From Chitinophagales bacterium 62-2 (lineage in GTDB: Bacteria; Bacteroidota; Bacteroidia; Chitinophagales; Chitinophagaceae): a stretch of DNA of 54,102 nt. The position numbers and the translations under genes were made by a program. Of this stretch, positions 29,885-39,544 are shown in pieces. Location: the NCBI GenBank assembly GCA_002050375.1, contig MWYU01000741.1, forward strand, positions 1 through 54,102, written 5' to 3'. Numbering within the stretch: position 1 is the first letter of the stretch; the number at the start of each line of letters is the position of its first letter. The notes under the pieces were generated by a model that worked only from the letters and a program-made list of their open reading frames with translations, ran no database searches and was not told the DNA's origin.

Positions 29885-32248
29885 TTAAAACTTAAAGTTG
29901 TAGGATATGGAAGGAACATATTTAAATAACGCAATCTGCACAGCTTCTGTCTTGCCCGGATCAGTCTTACTCTCTCTAAAATTAATAGAATAAGGATTTT
30001 CCCTGCCATAAGCATTGTAAATGCTAAAAGCCAGCTCAGAAGTTGACCACTTTTTCTTTTTCAACTGCATGGCAGCGCCAAGATCGAGGCGATGATAATT
30101 GGGTAAGCGGTAAGCATTGCGTTCAGTATAATAAAACACTACACGATCGTTAATAGTGTACTTGCCTGCGGGATAGGTGACAGCATCGCCTGTATAAAAA
30201 ATCCAGTTGGCAGACAACGTCCACTTCTTACTTAATTTATACGAGCTAACTATTGCTATATCATGAGTTCTATCCTGCCGTGCATTGTACCATTTGTCGT
30301 TACTAATGCCATTTATTTTTCGCTCGGTTTTAGAGAGCGTATAACTAAGCCAGCCTGTTAATTTACCTGCTCTCTTTCTAAGCAGCCATTCTATACCATA
30401 AGCCCTACCCTTTCCAAACAGCAATTGTGTTTCTATAGCATCGTTATTATAAACATCGGCGCCACTGCGGTAGTCAATCTGGTTTTGCATGTATTTATAG
30501 TAAGCCTCAACCGTCAGTTCATAATTATTGTCGCGAAGATTTTTATAATAACCGATAGAAACCTGATCAGCAATTTCAGGCTTAATGATGTTGGTACTGG
30601 CTATCCATTTATCAGTAGGACTGGAAGTAGTGGAATTTGAAACAAGGTGAAGATTTTGAACATTACGTACATAGGATGCCTTAACCGATACAGTGTTGTT
30701 TAATTGGTAGCTTGCAGCAATGCGTGGTTCAGGATTAAAGTAAGTCTTAACCATTTCGCCACGATCATAACGGAAAGTGTCAACTACTTTTCCGTCTGCA
30801 TCAACATTATAAAAGTTTCCTTTACCGAGAATACTGAAGGCTGTAAAGCGTAAACCATAAGAAAGGTTGAAGTTATCAGTAGCCTTCCATGTGTTGCTGA
30901 TGTAGCCGGAATTCTCCCATGAATATCTCTTCTGCAGTGAGAAGTTGGATATACCGGCTGTTGCATTTGAAGTTATTTCGCCGGGACGCAACGTATGATA
31001 AATAGAATTGATGCCGAAGCGAATGTTATTACTGTTATTAGAATATAACTGAAACTCCTGCTTGATATTCCAGTCTCTTATCTGGCTGAATATATTAAAG
31101 TCGTTAGCCTCAATTCTTACATTAATATTGAAATTGTAGTTGCTAAAAGTGAGTGATGTATTTGAAAAGAGTTTGCTGTTGATAATATGGTTCCAGCGCA
31201 AAGTACCTGTGCCATTGCCCCAGTTTATACCAAATCTATTATGTAGACCTAAGTCGTCTCTTCCAAAGTAGCCGGAAACATACAAGTGATCTTTATCGCC
31301 AATTTTATAGTTGAGTTTGGTATTGAGGTCATAGAAATAGATCCTGCTTTTATTAATGACTGAATCTTTCGCCAATTTCAAAAAGAGGTCGGCATATGTT
31401 CTTCGTCCAGATACTAAAAAAGAAGACCTGCCTTTTTCAATCGGACCTTCAACATTCAGTTTTGAAGAGATCAGCCCTATTCCCCCGCTTACTGTATTCT
31501 CCTGGTTATTGCCATCGTTCATTTTTATGTCTAATACACTCGAAAGTCTTCCCCCGTATTGTGCAGGCATACCACCTTTATAAACGGTTATATCTTTTAT
31601 AGCGTCGGAATTAAAAGTAGAAAAAAAGCCAAGTAAATGCGACGCATTGTACACAGGAGCCTCATCTAATAAAATTAGATTTTGATCTGCTGCGCCGCCC
31701 CTCACAAAGAAGCCGCTGTTACCTTCGCTTGCTGCTTTTATACCCGGGAGCAACTGAATTGTTTTCATCACATCTCTCTCGCCAAACAGTACGGGAATAT
31801 TTTTTATCTCCTGAACATTCAATCGCTCTACACTCATCTGCGGACTGCTTAAACTTCGCGCTCCCATAGAAGATTTTACTGTTACATCCTGCAACTTTTG
31901 TTCTTTATCATCTAACGCGATGTTAAGCTTAAAGTTTTTTTCAAGCAGTAATTCAATTGTTTTTTCCTGCAGTCCTATTGAACTAATTTCAATAGTATAA
32001 TTGCCTTTAACAAGCGAAAGAGAAAAGAAACCATAATCGTTCGTTATCGTTCCAATTGATTTGTCAGCAACTTTTACTGATGCATTTATCAACCTCTCCC
32101 CTGTTTTTTCTGATGTTACAGTTCCGCTGACAGTAAACTTTTCCTGGCCGGAAGCTTTATTTGCACGGAAGAGAAACAGTATCAATATTAACGATAGAAG
32201 TACTCTTAAATATAAGCCTCCGTCCCAGTTATACATTTCCTCTTTCAT
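29885..32248 (-). CDS. TonB-dependent outer-membrane receptor
   Basis: N-terminal carboxypeptidase-regulatory-like domain; plug motifs VRGG.ADQNLILLD and YKGG.PAQYGGRLSSV; C-terminal YNFKF. Confidence 0.93.
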   Translation of the reverse strand: MKEEMYNWDGGLYLRVLLSLILILFLFRANKASGQEKFTVSGTVTSEKTGERLINASVKVADKSIGTITNDYGFFSLSLVKGNYTIEISSIGLQEKTIELLLEKNFKLNIALDDKEQKLQDVTVKSSMGARSLSSPQMSVERLNVQEIKNIPVLFGERDVMKTIQLLPGIKAASEGNSGFFVRGGAADQNLILLDEAPVYNASHLLGFFSTFNSDAIKDITVYKGGMPAQYGGRLSSVLDIKMNDGNNQENTVSGGIGLISSKLNVEGPIEKGRSSFLVSGRRTYADLFLKLAKDSVINKSRIYFYDLNTKLNYKIGDKDHLYVSGYFGRDDLGLHNRFGINWGNGTGTLRWNHIINSKLFSNTSLTFSNYNFNINVRIEANDFNIFSQIRDWNIKQEFQLYSNNSNNIRFGINSIYHTLRPGEITSNATAGISNFSLQKRYSWENSGYISNTWKATDNFNLSYGLRFTAFSILGKGNFYNVDADGKVVDTFRYDRGEMVKTYFNPEPRIAASYQLNNTVSVKASYVRNVQNLHLVSNSTTSSPTDKWIASTNIIKPEIADQVSIGYYKNLRDNNYELTVEAYYKYMQNQIDYRSGADVYNNDAIETQLLFGKGRAYGIEWLLRKRAGKLTGWLSYTLSKTERKINGISNDKWYNARQDRTHDIAIVSSYKLSKKWTLSANWIFYTGDAVTYPAGKYTINDRVVFYYTERNAYRLPNYHRLDLGAAMQLKKKKWSTSELAFSIYNAYGRENPYSINFRESKTDPGKTEAVQIALFKYVPSISYNFKF

Positions 32249-32356
32249 TTTTTATTTATTTATTCAAAACCGGCAACTGCACTTTAATTAGCATTATCTC
32301 AACCAACAACTTTTACAACAACCAATAATAACAGCGGAATGAGTTGAAACGTTCGC

Positions 32357-32773
32357 TTATAAAATATTATCAGCAATAAATTGTTTCGAGTAACTTTTAA
32401 TCATCTCTCTTACTACCCTAAACTGGTTCGTTATCTCTGCTTCGTTACCTTCTGCTTTTGCCGGGTCAGGAAAGTTTTGATGAAACTTTTTTGCATTTGA
32501 AGGAAAGTAAGGGCATCTCTCCTTTGCATTATCACATACCGTAATTACAAAATCAAAATCAATGTTTCTATACTCTTCAATATTATTTGAAGTATGGTTA
32601 GATATATCAATTCCATCTTCTTTCATAGTTGCAATAGCCCGCGGATTTACACCATGCGTTTCCACACCTGCACTGTAAATCTCTGCTTTACCATTCGCAA
32701 ATTCACGTAAATAACCTTCAGCAATCTGGCTGCGACAACTGTTACCTGTACATAAAACTAAAACCCGTTTCAT
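32357..32773 (-). CDS. arsC: Arsenate reductase, LMWP/thioredoxin type
   Basis: CTGNSCRS P-loop, resolving cysteines in VCD...ERCP, and the DP motif. Confidence 0.9.
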   Translation of the reverse strand: MKRVLVLCTGNSCRSQIAEGYLREFANGKAEIYSAGVETHGVNPRAIATMKEDGIDISNHTSNNIEEYRNIDFDFVITVCDNAKERCPYFPSNAKKFHQNFPDPAKAEGNEAEITNQFRVVREMIKSYSKQFIADNIL

Positions 32774-32946
32774 TACATTTTAAATTGTAGTTAGTAATTC
32801 ATGCAAAGTAATTACTAAATAGGCTGCTGCTTTTAAATACAAATTTATCCTTCTTAAATTAACCTTCTATTGGGATGGTTTGCAGGTATGTAAACTGAAA
32901 AAACCTATTTCATATTGTTGGGTAGTTATAAAACTTCCAGGTCGCG

Positions 32947-33669
32947 TCAATCTACCCCAAATTCTATTTCCTTAACCGGTTTTGATTTATAACTTCTAAA
33001 CAGGCTATCCCAGTAAGGAAAGATAGATCCATAATTGGAATTTGTTTCATGAACAATTTTTGAGTGATGGATACGATGCATAAGGGGTGTAACAAAAAAG
33101 TTTCGACATAAAAAATCCATTTTCGTACCAATCCGCACATTAGAGTGATGAAAGACAATAATTGGGAATAGCAAGGTTGCATAAAGAACAACGGTTACTA
33201 CCTGCAGCCCTAACAACGGAAATAAACAAAAGCGGACAACATAAGAATAAATAAGTTCAACAGAATGAAACCGAATGGCTGATGTACTGTTCAACTTCTC
33301 GTCTTTATGATGAAATTTATGGAACCTCCACAAAAAAAACAGTTCGTGATTTGCCCTGTGCCACCAATACATAAACAGGTCCAACAGTATAAAACCAAGG
33401 GTTACTTTAACCCACAGAATATCGGGCAGAAGGTTTAATAATCCAAAGTTTTTCTTACCGGTATAAACCAGCCATTCCTGCAAAAAATATCCACCTATAA
33501 CAGCAATAGCCACATTAAAAACACCAATTATAATATTGAAAAGATCATGCTTAATATCTGAAAAGCCTTTGCGTTGCGGAAGTACTTGTTCGGCCAAATA
33601 CACAGCAGCGAATGCAATTGCTATAGCATACGGTTGTATCGATCTTAATATGTTCTCAAAGTCGGTCAT
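32947..33669 (-). CDS. Sterol desaturase / fatty-acid hydroxylase family membrane protein
   Basis: His boxes YWWHRANH, HKFHH, RFH, FHHSN and HRIHHS; NYG...WD.LF. Confidence 0.9.
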   Translation of the reverse strand: MTDFENILRSIQPYAIAIAFAAVYLAEQVLPQRKGFSDIKHDLFNIIIGVFNVAIAVIGGYFLQEWLVYTGKKNFGLLNLLPDILWVKVTLGFILLDLFMYWWHRANHELFFLWRFHKFHHKDEKLNSTSAIRFHSVELIYSYVVRFCLFPLLGLQVVTVVLYATLLFPIIVFHHSNVRIGTKMDFLCRNFFVTPLMHRIHHSKIVHETNSNYGSIFPYWDSLFRSYKSKPVKEIEFGVD

Positions 33670-33714
33670 TTAAACACCTCTTCTTTTAAATTCGGCACAT
33701 CCTGATCATCAAAA

Positions 33715-34044
33715 TTATTTTATTGCCGCTATACGTTTTTTTATTTTTTTAAAGGTGAAGTAACCGCTTAAGATTGCTGACATAGCTACAATAAAATAAA
33801 TCCAGAAAGAAATGTTTTTTCCGGTAATTATAAGATAAATACTGGCTGCATTAAAAATAAAGATCGTAACAATGGAAGGAATTAAAATGGATTTCTTTCG
33901 CTTTCTATTGAAAATAATCCACCATACAGCCGCAGCAAAAAGAGGTGTGGCAATTACATGTATCCCTACAAATATCAACGGATCGACCTGATACTTTTCG
34001 CCAATAACTGTATAATAGTTTTTTATTGCCTGCCACCAGTTCAT
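33715..34044 (-). CDS. Hypothetical 3-TM membrane protein
   Basis: 109 aa, hydrophobic, with Y.VDPLIF..IH; co-oriented with the desaturase gene. Confidence 0.7.
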   Translation of the reverse strand: MNWWQAIKNYYTVIGEKYQVDPLIFVGIHVIATPLFAAAVWWIIFNRKRKKSILIPSIVTIFIFNAASIYLIITGKNISFWIYFIVAMSAILSGYFTFKKIKKRIAAIK

Positions 34045-34089
34045 ACAAGCAGGATAAACAAATCAAAGTTTTTATTGTTTAAAGAGTTT

Positions 34090-35160
34090 ATGAAACCAAG
34101 AGACGAGAATGCAAAGCTTCCTGTTGAAAAAAGACCTTTCAGGGTACTGATAGTTTCAGGCTCGCAAAGAAGACAATATAATTGCCCGGGTGTAGATTCA
34201 AAATCGAGGATGTTAATGTTACAGATGGCAGAAATGTTGCCACAGGATTGGGAAATTGACTATGAAGATATTGGTAACGTATATGGAAGAGAAAAAATTC
34301 AGTCATGTAATGCCTGTGTCTCCACCTCGATGGCTTTATGCGTTTGGCCCTGCAACTGCTATAGTAAAAAAAGCCGGAGCGAGCCTGACCTGATGTGGAA
34401 CTTAGACCTGTATGCAAGATTGGATATGGCTGATGCATGGGCTTTTATTGCACCTATTAATTGGTATGGCAGCACAAGCAATCTTAAGCTTATGTTTGAC
34501 CGCCTCGTTTGTATGAACGGTGGTAACCCTAACGAAAAAACGATTGCACATAAAGACCCTGAAAAAGCAATGGCTTTTGAACATACTGAAGCATTCAAAG
34601 AGCTTTCTGTAAATCATATGGAAGGAAGAACGGCTGCATTTTTTTGCTATGGGGATAAAGGTGGTGATGAAATAGATAATAGCGGAAGACCAAAAATTTT
34701 ACAACATCCTCAATTTTTTAATCCTGATGAAGAACCGTATGAAAATGAAAGAAATGCATATGCTCCTTTAGTCTGGCAATGCAGATATGGAGGCATTGAG
34801 GTTCCGGATAATTTATGGAGATGTGAAATAACCGGAAAAGATAAAAAGTACAGCGAGAACCAGGCGGAAGATGTAATTGCAGAAACCGCTTTTATGCAAG
34901 CATTTAAAAGCTGGGTAAACGACTTTGAAAATTTTGTAAGACAAAAAGGCAAAGTAAAGCCGGGAAAATATAGAGCTTATGGATCTAAACCACCTTTTAA
35001 CCCGATAAAAGAATTAAAGACAGGAATACGTTCGTGGAAACTGCGGTTTGGAATAACTCCTGAAGGTTCCTCGGTTGAAAAGCAAAAGGAACTGGAACTT
35101 AATAAAGACACTACTCTTCATCCTAAAAGAAGTGAAGGAGAAAAATTGAGAAAAGATTGA
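34090..35160 (+). CDS. Flavodoxin-fold / NADPH-dependent FMN reductase family protein with a Cys cluster; ATG 34090 preferred
   Basis: RVLIVSGSQR, CNACVSTSMALCVWPCNCY and APINWYG...LKLMFDRL motifs. Confidence 0.8.
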   Translation: MKPRDENAKLPVEKRPFRVLIVSGSQRRQYNCPGVDSKSRMLMLQMAEMLPQDWEIDYEDIGNVYGREKIQSCNACVSTSMALCVWPCNCYSKKSRSEPDLMWNLDLYARLDMADAWAFIAPINWYGSTSNLKLMFDRLVCMNGGNPNEKTIAHKDPEKAMAFEHTEAFKELSVNHMEGRTAAFFCYGDKGGDEIDNSGRPKILQHPQFFNPDEEPYENERNAYAPLVWQCRYGGIEVPDNLWRCEITGKDKKYSENQAEDVIAETAFMQAFKSWVNDFENFVRQKGKVKPGKYRAYGSKPPFNPIKELKTGIRSWKLRFGITPEGSSVEKQKELELNKDTTLHPKRSEGEKLRKD

Positions 35161-35198
35161 CTGTCTCCCCGCTTCTTTGCAACGAAAGAAGGCCAACA

Positions 35199-36026
35199 TT
35201 AGCTTTTCAAATTATTGATTACCTCTGCAAACAATTTGGAAAGTATGCCATCAGCCTTACCGGCAACTGCTATAATCTCTGAAATATCTACCCGCTGTAA
35301 ATTATCCGGATCACATTCATCAGTAATTACGCTAACAGCAGCACATTTTAAACCAACATGATTGGCAACAATAACTTCCGGAACAGTGCTCATGCCAACC
35401 ATATCTGCTCCAATATTTCGTATGTACCGGTACTCCGCTTTAGTTTCAAGATTAGGACCCATGACTGAAGCATATACTCCTTTCTTAAGTTGAATGCCTA
35501 ATGTATTTGCATCGGTAATTAAGAGTTCGTTTAAAGTATTATCATAAGGCTCACTCATGTCAACAAACCGGTTTCCAAACTCGGGCGCATTCAATCCTCT
35601 CAGTGGATTTTCTGATTGTAGGTTAATATGGTCTTCTATAAGTACCAGCTCTCCTTTTTTAAAATCAAGATTAATGCCTCCTGCTGCATTACTTAAAAGT
35701 AGCTGAGCTACACCTAATTTTTTCATTACCCTAATTGGGAAAGTGATTTCCTGCATACTATATCCTTCATAGTAATGAAACCTTCCCTGCATTGCTATAA
35801 CTTTCCTGTTACCAATAGTTCCTAACAATAACTGCCCTTTATGAAATTCAACTGTTGCAACAGGAAAATTGGGAATATCACTATAAGCGATCTGTTTTTC
35901 AATTTTCATTTCATTAATAAATTCGCCGAGGCCAGTTCCTAAAACAACACCTGTTGTTGCTCCGGTAAAACCTTCCTTTATAAGAAACTCCGTGGTCTCC
36001 TCTATTTTCCGAACCATGTCAATCAT
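35199..36026 (-). CDS. Purine-nucleoside phosphorylase (trimeric family)
   Basis: VLGTGLG, MQGRFHYYEG, NAAGG, GPNLET.AE and GADMVGMSTVPEV motifs. Confidence 0.93.
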   Translation of the reverse strand: MIDMVRKIEETTEFLIKEGFTGATTGVVLGTGLGEFINEMKIEKQIAYSDIPNFPVATVEFHKGQLLLGTIGNRKVIAMQGRFHYYEGYSMQEITFPIRVMKKLGVAQLLLSNAAGGINLDFKKGELVLIEDHINLQSENPLRGLNAPEFGNRFVDMSEPYDNTLNELLITDANTLGIQLKKGVYASVMGPNLETKAEYRYIRNIGADMVGMSTVPEVIVANHVGLKCAAVSVITDECDPDNLQRVDISEIIAVAGKADGILSKLFAEVINNLKS

Positions 36027-36078
36027 AAATTGTTATTGATATAATAAAAAAAACCGGGTAAAACTTCCTGGCGTATAT

Positions 36079-36543
36079 ATGGCTGTGAAAAGGGGCGTTT
36101 TTTTAATACTTTTTTTAACCGTGGTAATAATGGATTATGCAAATGTGAACAATAATGAAAAAACAAAAGCCTTTGATTTGTCCATTATTGATATTTCTCA
36201 GCAACTGTTACTTGCTGCTAAAACAAAAGAACCAACTGATAGTTTAGTAAATATCATTAAATCTATTACAGAATCAAATCTTGAAACTCAACTTAATAAT
36301 GATAACAATAAAAAAGCTTTCTGGATCAATTTATACAATGGGTACACGCAGGTGATTTTGTCGAAAAACAGCGAGAAGTACAAAGACCGCGGTAGCTTTT
36401 TTGGTGATCAACAAATTGAAATCGCAGGCGAAAAACTTAGTCTTGACAATATTGAGCACGGCATCTTAAGACATTCAAAACTAAAGTGGAGCCTCCTTAG
36501 CACTCTTGTGCCGATTAATTCTATTACTCATTATACTTCGTAA
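36079..36543 (+). pseudogene. DUF547 domain protein, C-terminally truncated
   Basis: KAFWINLYN and LSLDNIEHGILR are present, but the ORF ends 23 codons later without the expected D.RIHFALNC...CP half. Confidence 0.7.
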
Positions 36544-36557
36544 CCATAAAATTTAAA

Positions 36558-37169
36558 GTGACATCTGCCCTCATTATATTTGTAAGAAACCCCGTTTTAG
36601 GCAAAGTAAAAACGCGTATTGCAAAAGATCTGGGAGATACTGTTGCGTTAGAAATATATAAAAGGTTATTAAGCCATACTCATTCCATTACCAAAGATCT
36701 TGCTGTTGACCGCTACGTATTTTATGCTGATTTTATAAACCATAATGACCTATGGAAAAACGAAGCATATAAAAAGGAACTGCAAACAGGAAGTAATTTA
36801 GGTGAACGAATGAAAAATGCTTTTGACCTTCTATTAAAAAAAGGTTATCGCAGGGTTGCTATTATTGGCAGTGATTGTTTTGATCTGACTAAAAGTATAT
36901 TTGAGGAGGCAATGGAAGCGCTTGAAAAAAAACAGGTTGTCATTGGTCCTTCACTCGATGGCGGTTACTATCTTTTGGGTATGACTATTTTTATTCCGCA
37001 GCTATTTGAAAATAAAAACTGGAGCACTGAAAGCGTGTATTATGACACTATCCGTGATCTTTCAAATCTTAACTATTCCTGCCATCTTTTGCCCCCGCTT
37101 TCTGATGTAGATAACGGGGAAGATTGCAAAAAATATGAAGCATTAATATCGCTATCTTACCAACACTAA
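36558..37169 (+). CDS. DUF2064 / TIGR04282-type transferase (arsenosugar-associated)
   Basis: IIFVRNP.LGKVKTR, Q.G.NLGERM, IIGSDC, GPSLDGGYYLLGM and DVD..ED motifs. GTG start. Confidence 0.9.
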   Translation: MTSALIIFVRNPVLGKVKTRIAKDLGDTVALEIYKRLLSHTHSITKDLAVDRYVFYADFINHNDLWKNEAYKKELQTGSNLGERMKNAFDLLLKKGYRRVAIIGSDCFDLTKSIFEEAMEALEKKQVVIGPSLDGGYYLLGMTIFIPQLFENKNWSTESVYYDTIRDLSNLNYSCHLLPPLSDVDNGEDCKKYEALISLSYQH

Positions 37170-37179
37170 TTTGTAAAAA

Positions 37180-38364
37180 TTGTACTTCTTTGTAAAATGC
37201 TTAGTGAGGTTAGGCTTGCTTATATTTTGCAGGAAAATTATTTTTACCAATAGAAACATATTAAAAGAAAAGGGACCATTACTGTTAGCATGTAATCATC
37301 CTAATTCTTTCTTTGATGCTTTGTTGCTGGGCGCTTTCTTTAAACATCCGATACATTTTTTAGCAAGAGGTGATGCGTTTAAACATCCTGTTGCAAAAAA
37401 GTTACTTACAGCACTAAATGCTATTCCGATCTACAGATTAAAAGAAGGCAAAGAATATCTTGCCTTAAATGACAATACTTTTGATCGTTGCCTGCAGATA
37501 TTAAAGCAGGGAGGCATTGTTCTTATTTTCACTGAAGGTCTTTGCATAAATCAGTGGGAAATAAGGCCTTTAAAGAAAGGTTCTGCACGAATTGCAATAA
37601 GCGCATGGAAGTCGCCATCCGTTAGTAAGCAGTTTAGAATTTTACCTGTAAGCTTCAATTATAGTTCTTTTACACACTTCAGCAAAAATGTAATAATCGA
37701 TGCAGGCAAGCCAATATTGAAACAACATCTTCCTGAAATATATAATGAAGCGGAGCAAATTGCAGAACTAAATAGATTAATTTATACAGCACTAAATGAA
37801 GCGATGCTTACAGAAAAGAATAATGTAAGCCTTGTTCAGTTTCTGCTAAGTAATCCAGAAATAAATAAAGGTTCGTACTCAAATATAATTGCAGGCTTTA
37901 AAAAGATACAAAGGAGCTTTTATACCAGTGGTAACGAAAATATTTTCAATCGTTTTACAGGCTCTAAAAAGGTTTCTTTAAACACAGGAAGTCTTTCCAT
38001 AAGTATGTCGGCAGGATTGCTTCTGCTTATTCCCGCGATTGTAGCATTAGTTATGCACTTACCCGTTTACTTACCTATAAAGATGATTGTAAGAAAGAAA
38101 ACAAACAACACTGTATTTTATCATTCTGTATTATTCGGCGCTCTCATAATCGTTTATCCTTTATACGTGATAATACTTTCAATGCTTTGTTTTGTCATCT
38201 TCAAAAATCCTCAATTTTTATCGTTGATTATATTGTTGCCTTTGTTAGCTCTAATATTCTTGCAATGGAAAGATCGTGTTGTAAGTGTATATAATTACTT
38301 TAGACTAACGCAAAAAGAAAGAAAAGAATTAAAAAGGGTTATAAGGTGTATCGAATTATGTTGA
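37180..38364 (+). CDS. PlsC-family phospholipid/glycerol acyltransferase with C-terminal TM helices
   Basis: NHPNSFFD (HX4D), FLAR and IFTEG motifs. TTG start. Confidence 0.88.
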   Translation: MYFFVKCLVRLGLLIFCRKIIFTNRNILKEKGPLLLACNHPNSFFDALLLGAFFKHPIHFLARGDAFKHPVAKKLLTALNAIPIYRLKEGKEYLALNDNTFDRCLQILKQGGIVLIFTEGLCINQWEIRPLKKGSARIAISAWKSPSVSKQFRILPVSFNYSSFTHFSKNVIIDAGKPILKQHLPEIYNEAEQIAELNRLIYTALNEAMLTEKNNVSLVQFLLSNPEINKGSYSNIIAGFKKIQRSFYTSGNENIFNRFTGSKKVSLNTGSLSISMSAGLLLLIPAIVALVMHLPVYLPIKMIVRKKTNNTVFYHSVLFGALIIVYPLYVIILSMLCFVIFKNPQFLSLIILLPLLALIFLQWKDRVVSVYNYFRLTQKERKELKRVIRCIELC

Positions 38365-38440
38365 CTTTGTAGTGCTTGAAAATGTAGTAAAAAATTTAAC
38401 CTTGTTCAGTTGTTTTTACTGGAGGTGCCTAATTCTATAA

Positions 38441-39493
38441 TCATTTGATCTTGTTTAAAGCAAGCATTCCTATCATCCAATCTGGTAGCGGACCTTCATT
38501 CTTCCGCGTTTTTAAGTTAAGATGCCAATTAAGTTTTTTAAGTATCGGCACTTTATGAGTTTCAACTAATTCTATTAACGTTCCATCCGGATCTTCTACG
38601 TAACAAAATCTTCCGGCAGAGGTGCCCATAGAAAAAGAGTTGGCACTGTCAACAGTAAAGTTATAACCTGCCTGAGCTGATTTTTGTTTCAGCAAATCCA
38701 TATTTAAAACATCAAAACATAAATGAATGAAACCACAATCACCCCAAAATCTGTCCTCGTATATCTTCTTAGGTTGAAAGTCTAATGCTTCAACAAGTTC
38801 AATCTGAACTGATCCCAGCAGTTTACTAAAAGCTCCCCGGTTAGCTACTTGTTTTTTTAATAGAACTCTTTTAAACCGTTGTCCCAGTTGTTCTTTTATA
38901 GGCAAATCAATTGCAGGTGCCGTACCGGAATATATAACTTCATCAATACCTAAAACATTTTTATAAAAGTTTAAAGAAGCGTCAATATTTAATACTCCTA
39001 TAACCGCACCGGCAACACCCCCGCACATACCCTGGCCATTTTTAAACCATTCATCTCCTTCTATAATATTAAAATGATTTCCATAAGGGTCAGTTACCCA
39101 AAAGTGAAGTTTATCATCAGGAGTTTCCATTACATCAGAAACTGTAATATTTTCAAAGGTGTTGAAATAAGTATGTGCTGCCTGCACATTTTTTGTTTTA
39201 ATCTTGGTAGCAAATATTCCGAGATCGCCAAACAGAGGAGCATTCTGGAGCAAAGGTGTACGCGAAGTAAATTGCCATATCTCAAATCCTCCGCCACCCA
39301 CAAGATTCATAGAGAGAATTGCATGCCTGTTGTGCAACTTGCTTCCGGTATACTTTGTCATCAGTGAAGCAGCAGCCTTGTCTTCAAAAATCAAAACATT
39401 CATACCGAAAAGATCTTTATACAAGCTTTTTGCTTCGGTTGCATTCGTTACGCCAACACCAACTTGTTGAATGCCCGTGATCAGATCTTTCAT
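38441..39493 (-). CDS. VOC (glyoxalase-like) two-domain protein
   Basis: GIQQVGVGV, FEIWQF, DPYGN, HLCFDV and YVEDPDGTLIELVE motifs. Confidence 0.85.
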   Translation of the reverse strand: MKDLITGIQQVGVGVTNATEAKSLYKDLFGMNVLIFEDKAAASLMTKYTGSKLHNRHAILSMNLVGGGGFEIWQFTSRTPLLQNAPLFGDLGIFATKIKTKNVQAAHTYFNTFENITVSDVMETPDDKLHFWVTDPYGNHFNIIEGDEWFKNGQGMCGGVAGAVIGVLNIDASLNFYKNVLGIDEVIYSGTAPAIDLPIKEQLGQRFKRVLLKKQVANRGAFSKLLGSVQIELVEALDFQPKKIYEDRFWGDCGFIHLCFDVLNMDLLKQKSAQAGYNFTVDSANSFSMGTSAGRFCYVEDPDGTLIELVETHKVPILKKLNWHLNLKTRKNEGPLPDWMIGMLALNKIK

Positions 39494-39544
39494 ACAATAG
39501 TTTTTTATTGAAAATGTACGAACAGCTACAGGGTAAAGTTTGCA

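Noticed and set aside
29090-32248. SusC/SusD polysaccharide utilisation pair
   Set aside because: The receptor is shorter than typical SusC and the partner is a DUF4249-type lipoprotein, not SusD; this is a common pair.
32357-32773. Classical ars resistance operon
   Set aside because: No arsR, acr3/arsB, arsA or arsD adjacent; only arsC is present.
33958-34089. N-terminal extensions given by the ORF track (also at 18482, 26596 and 29023)
   Set aside because: They overlap neighbouring genes or promoter motifs; downstream ATGs match the expected family starts better.
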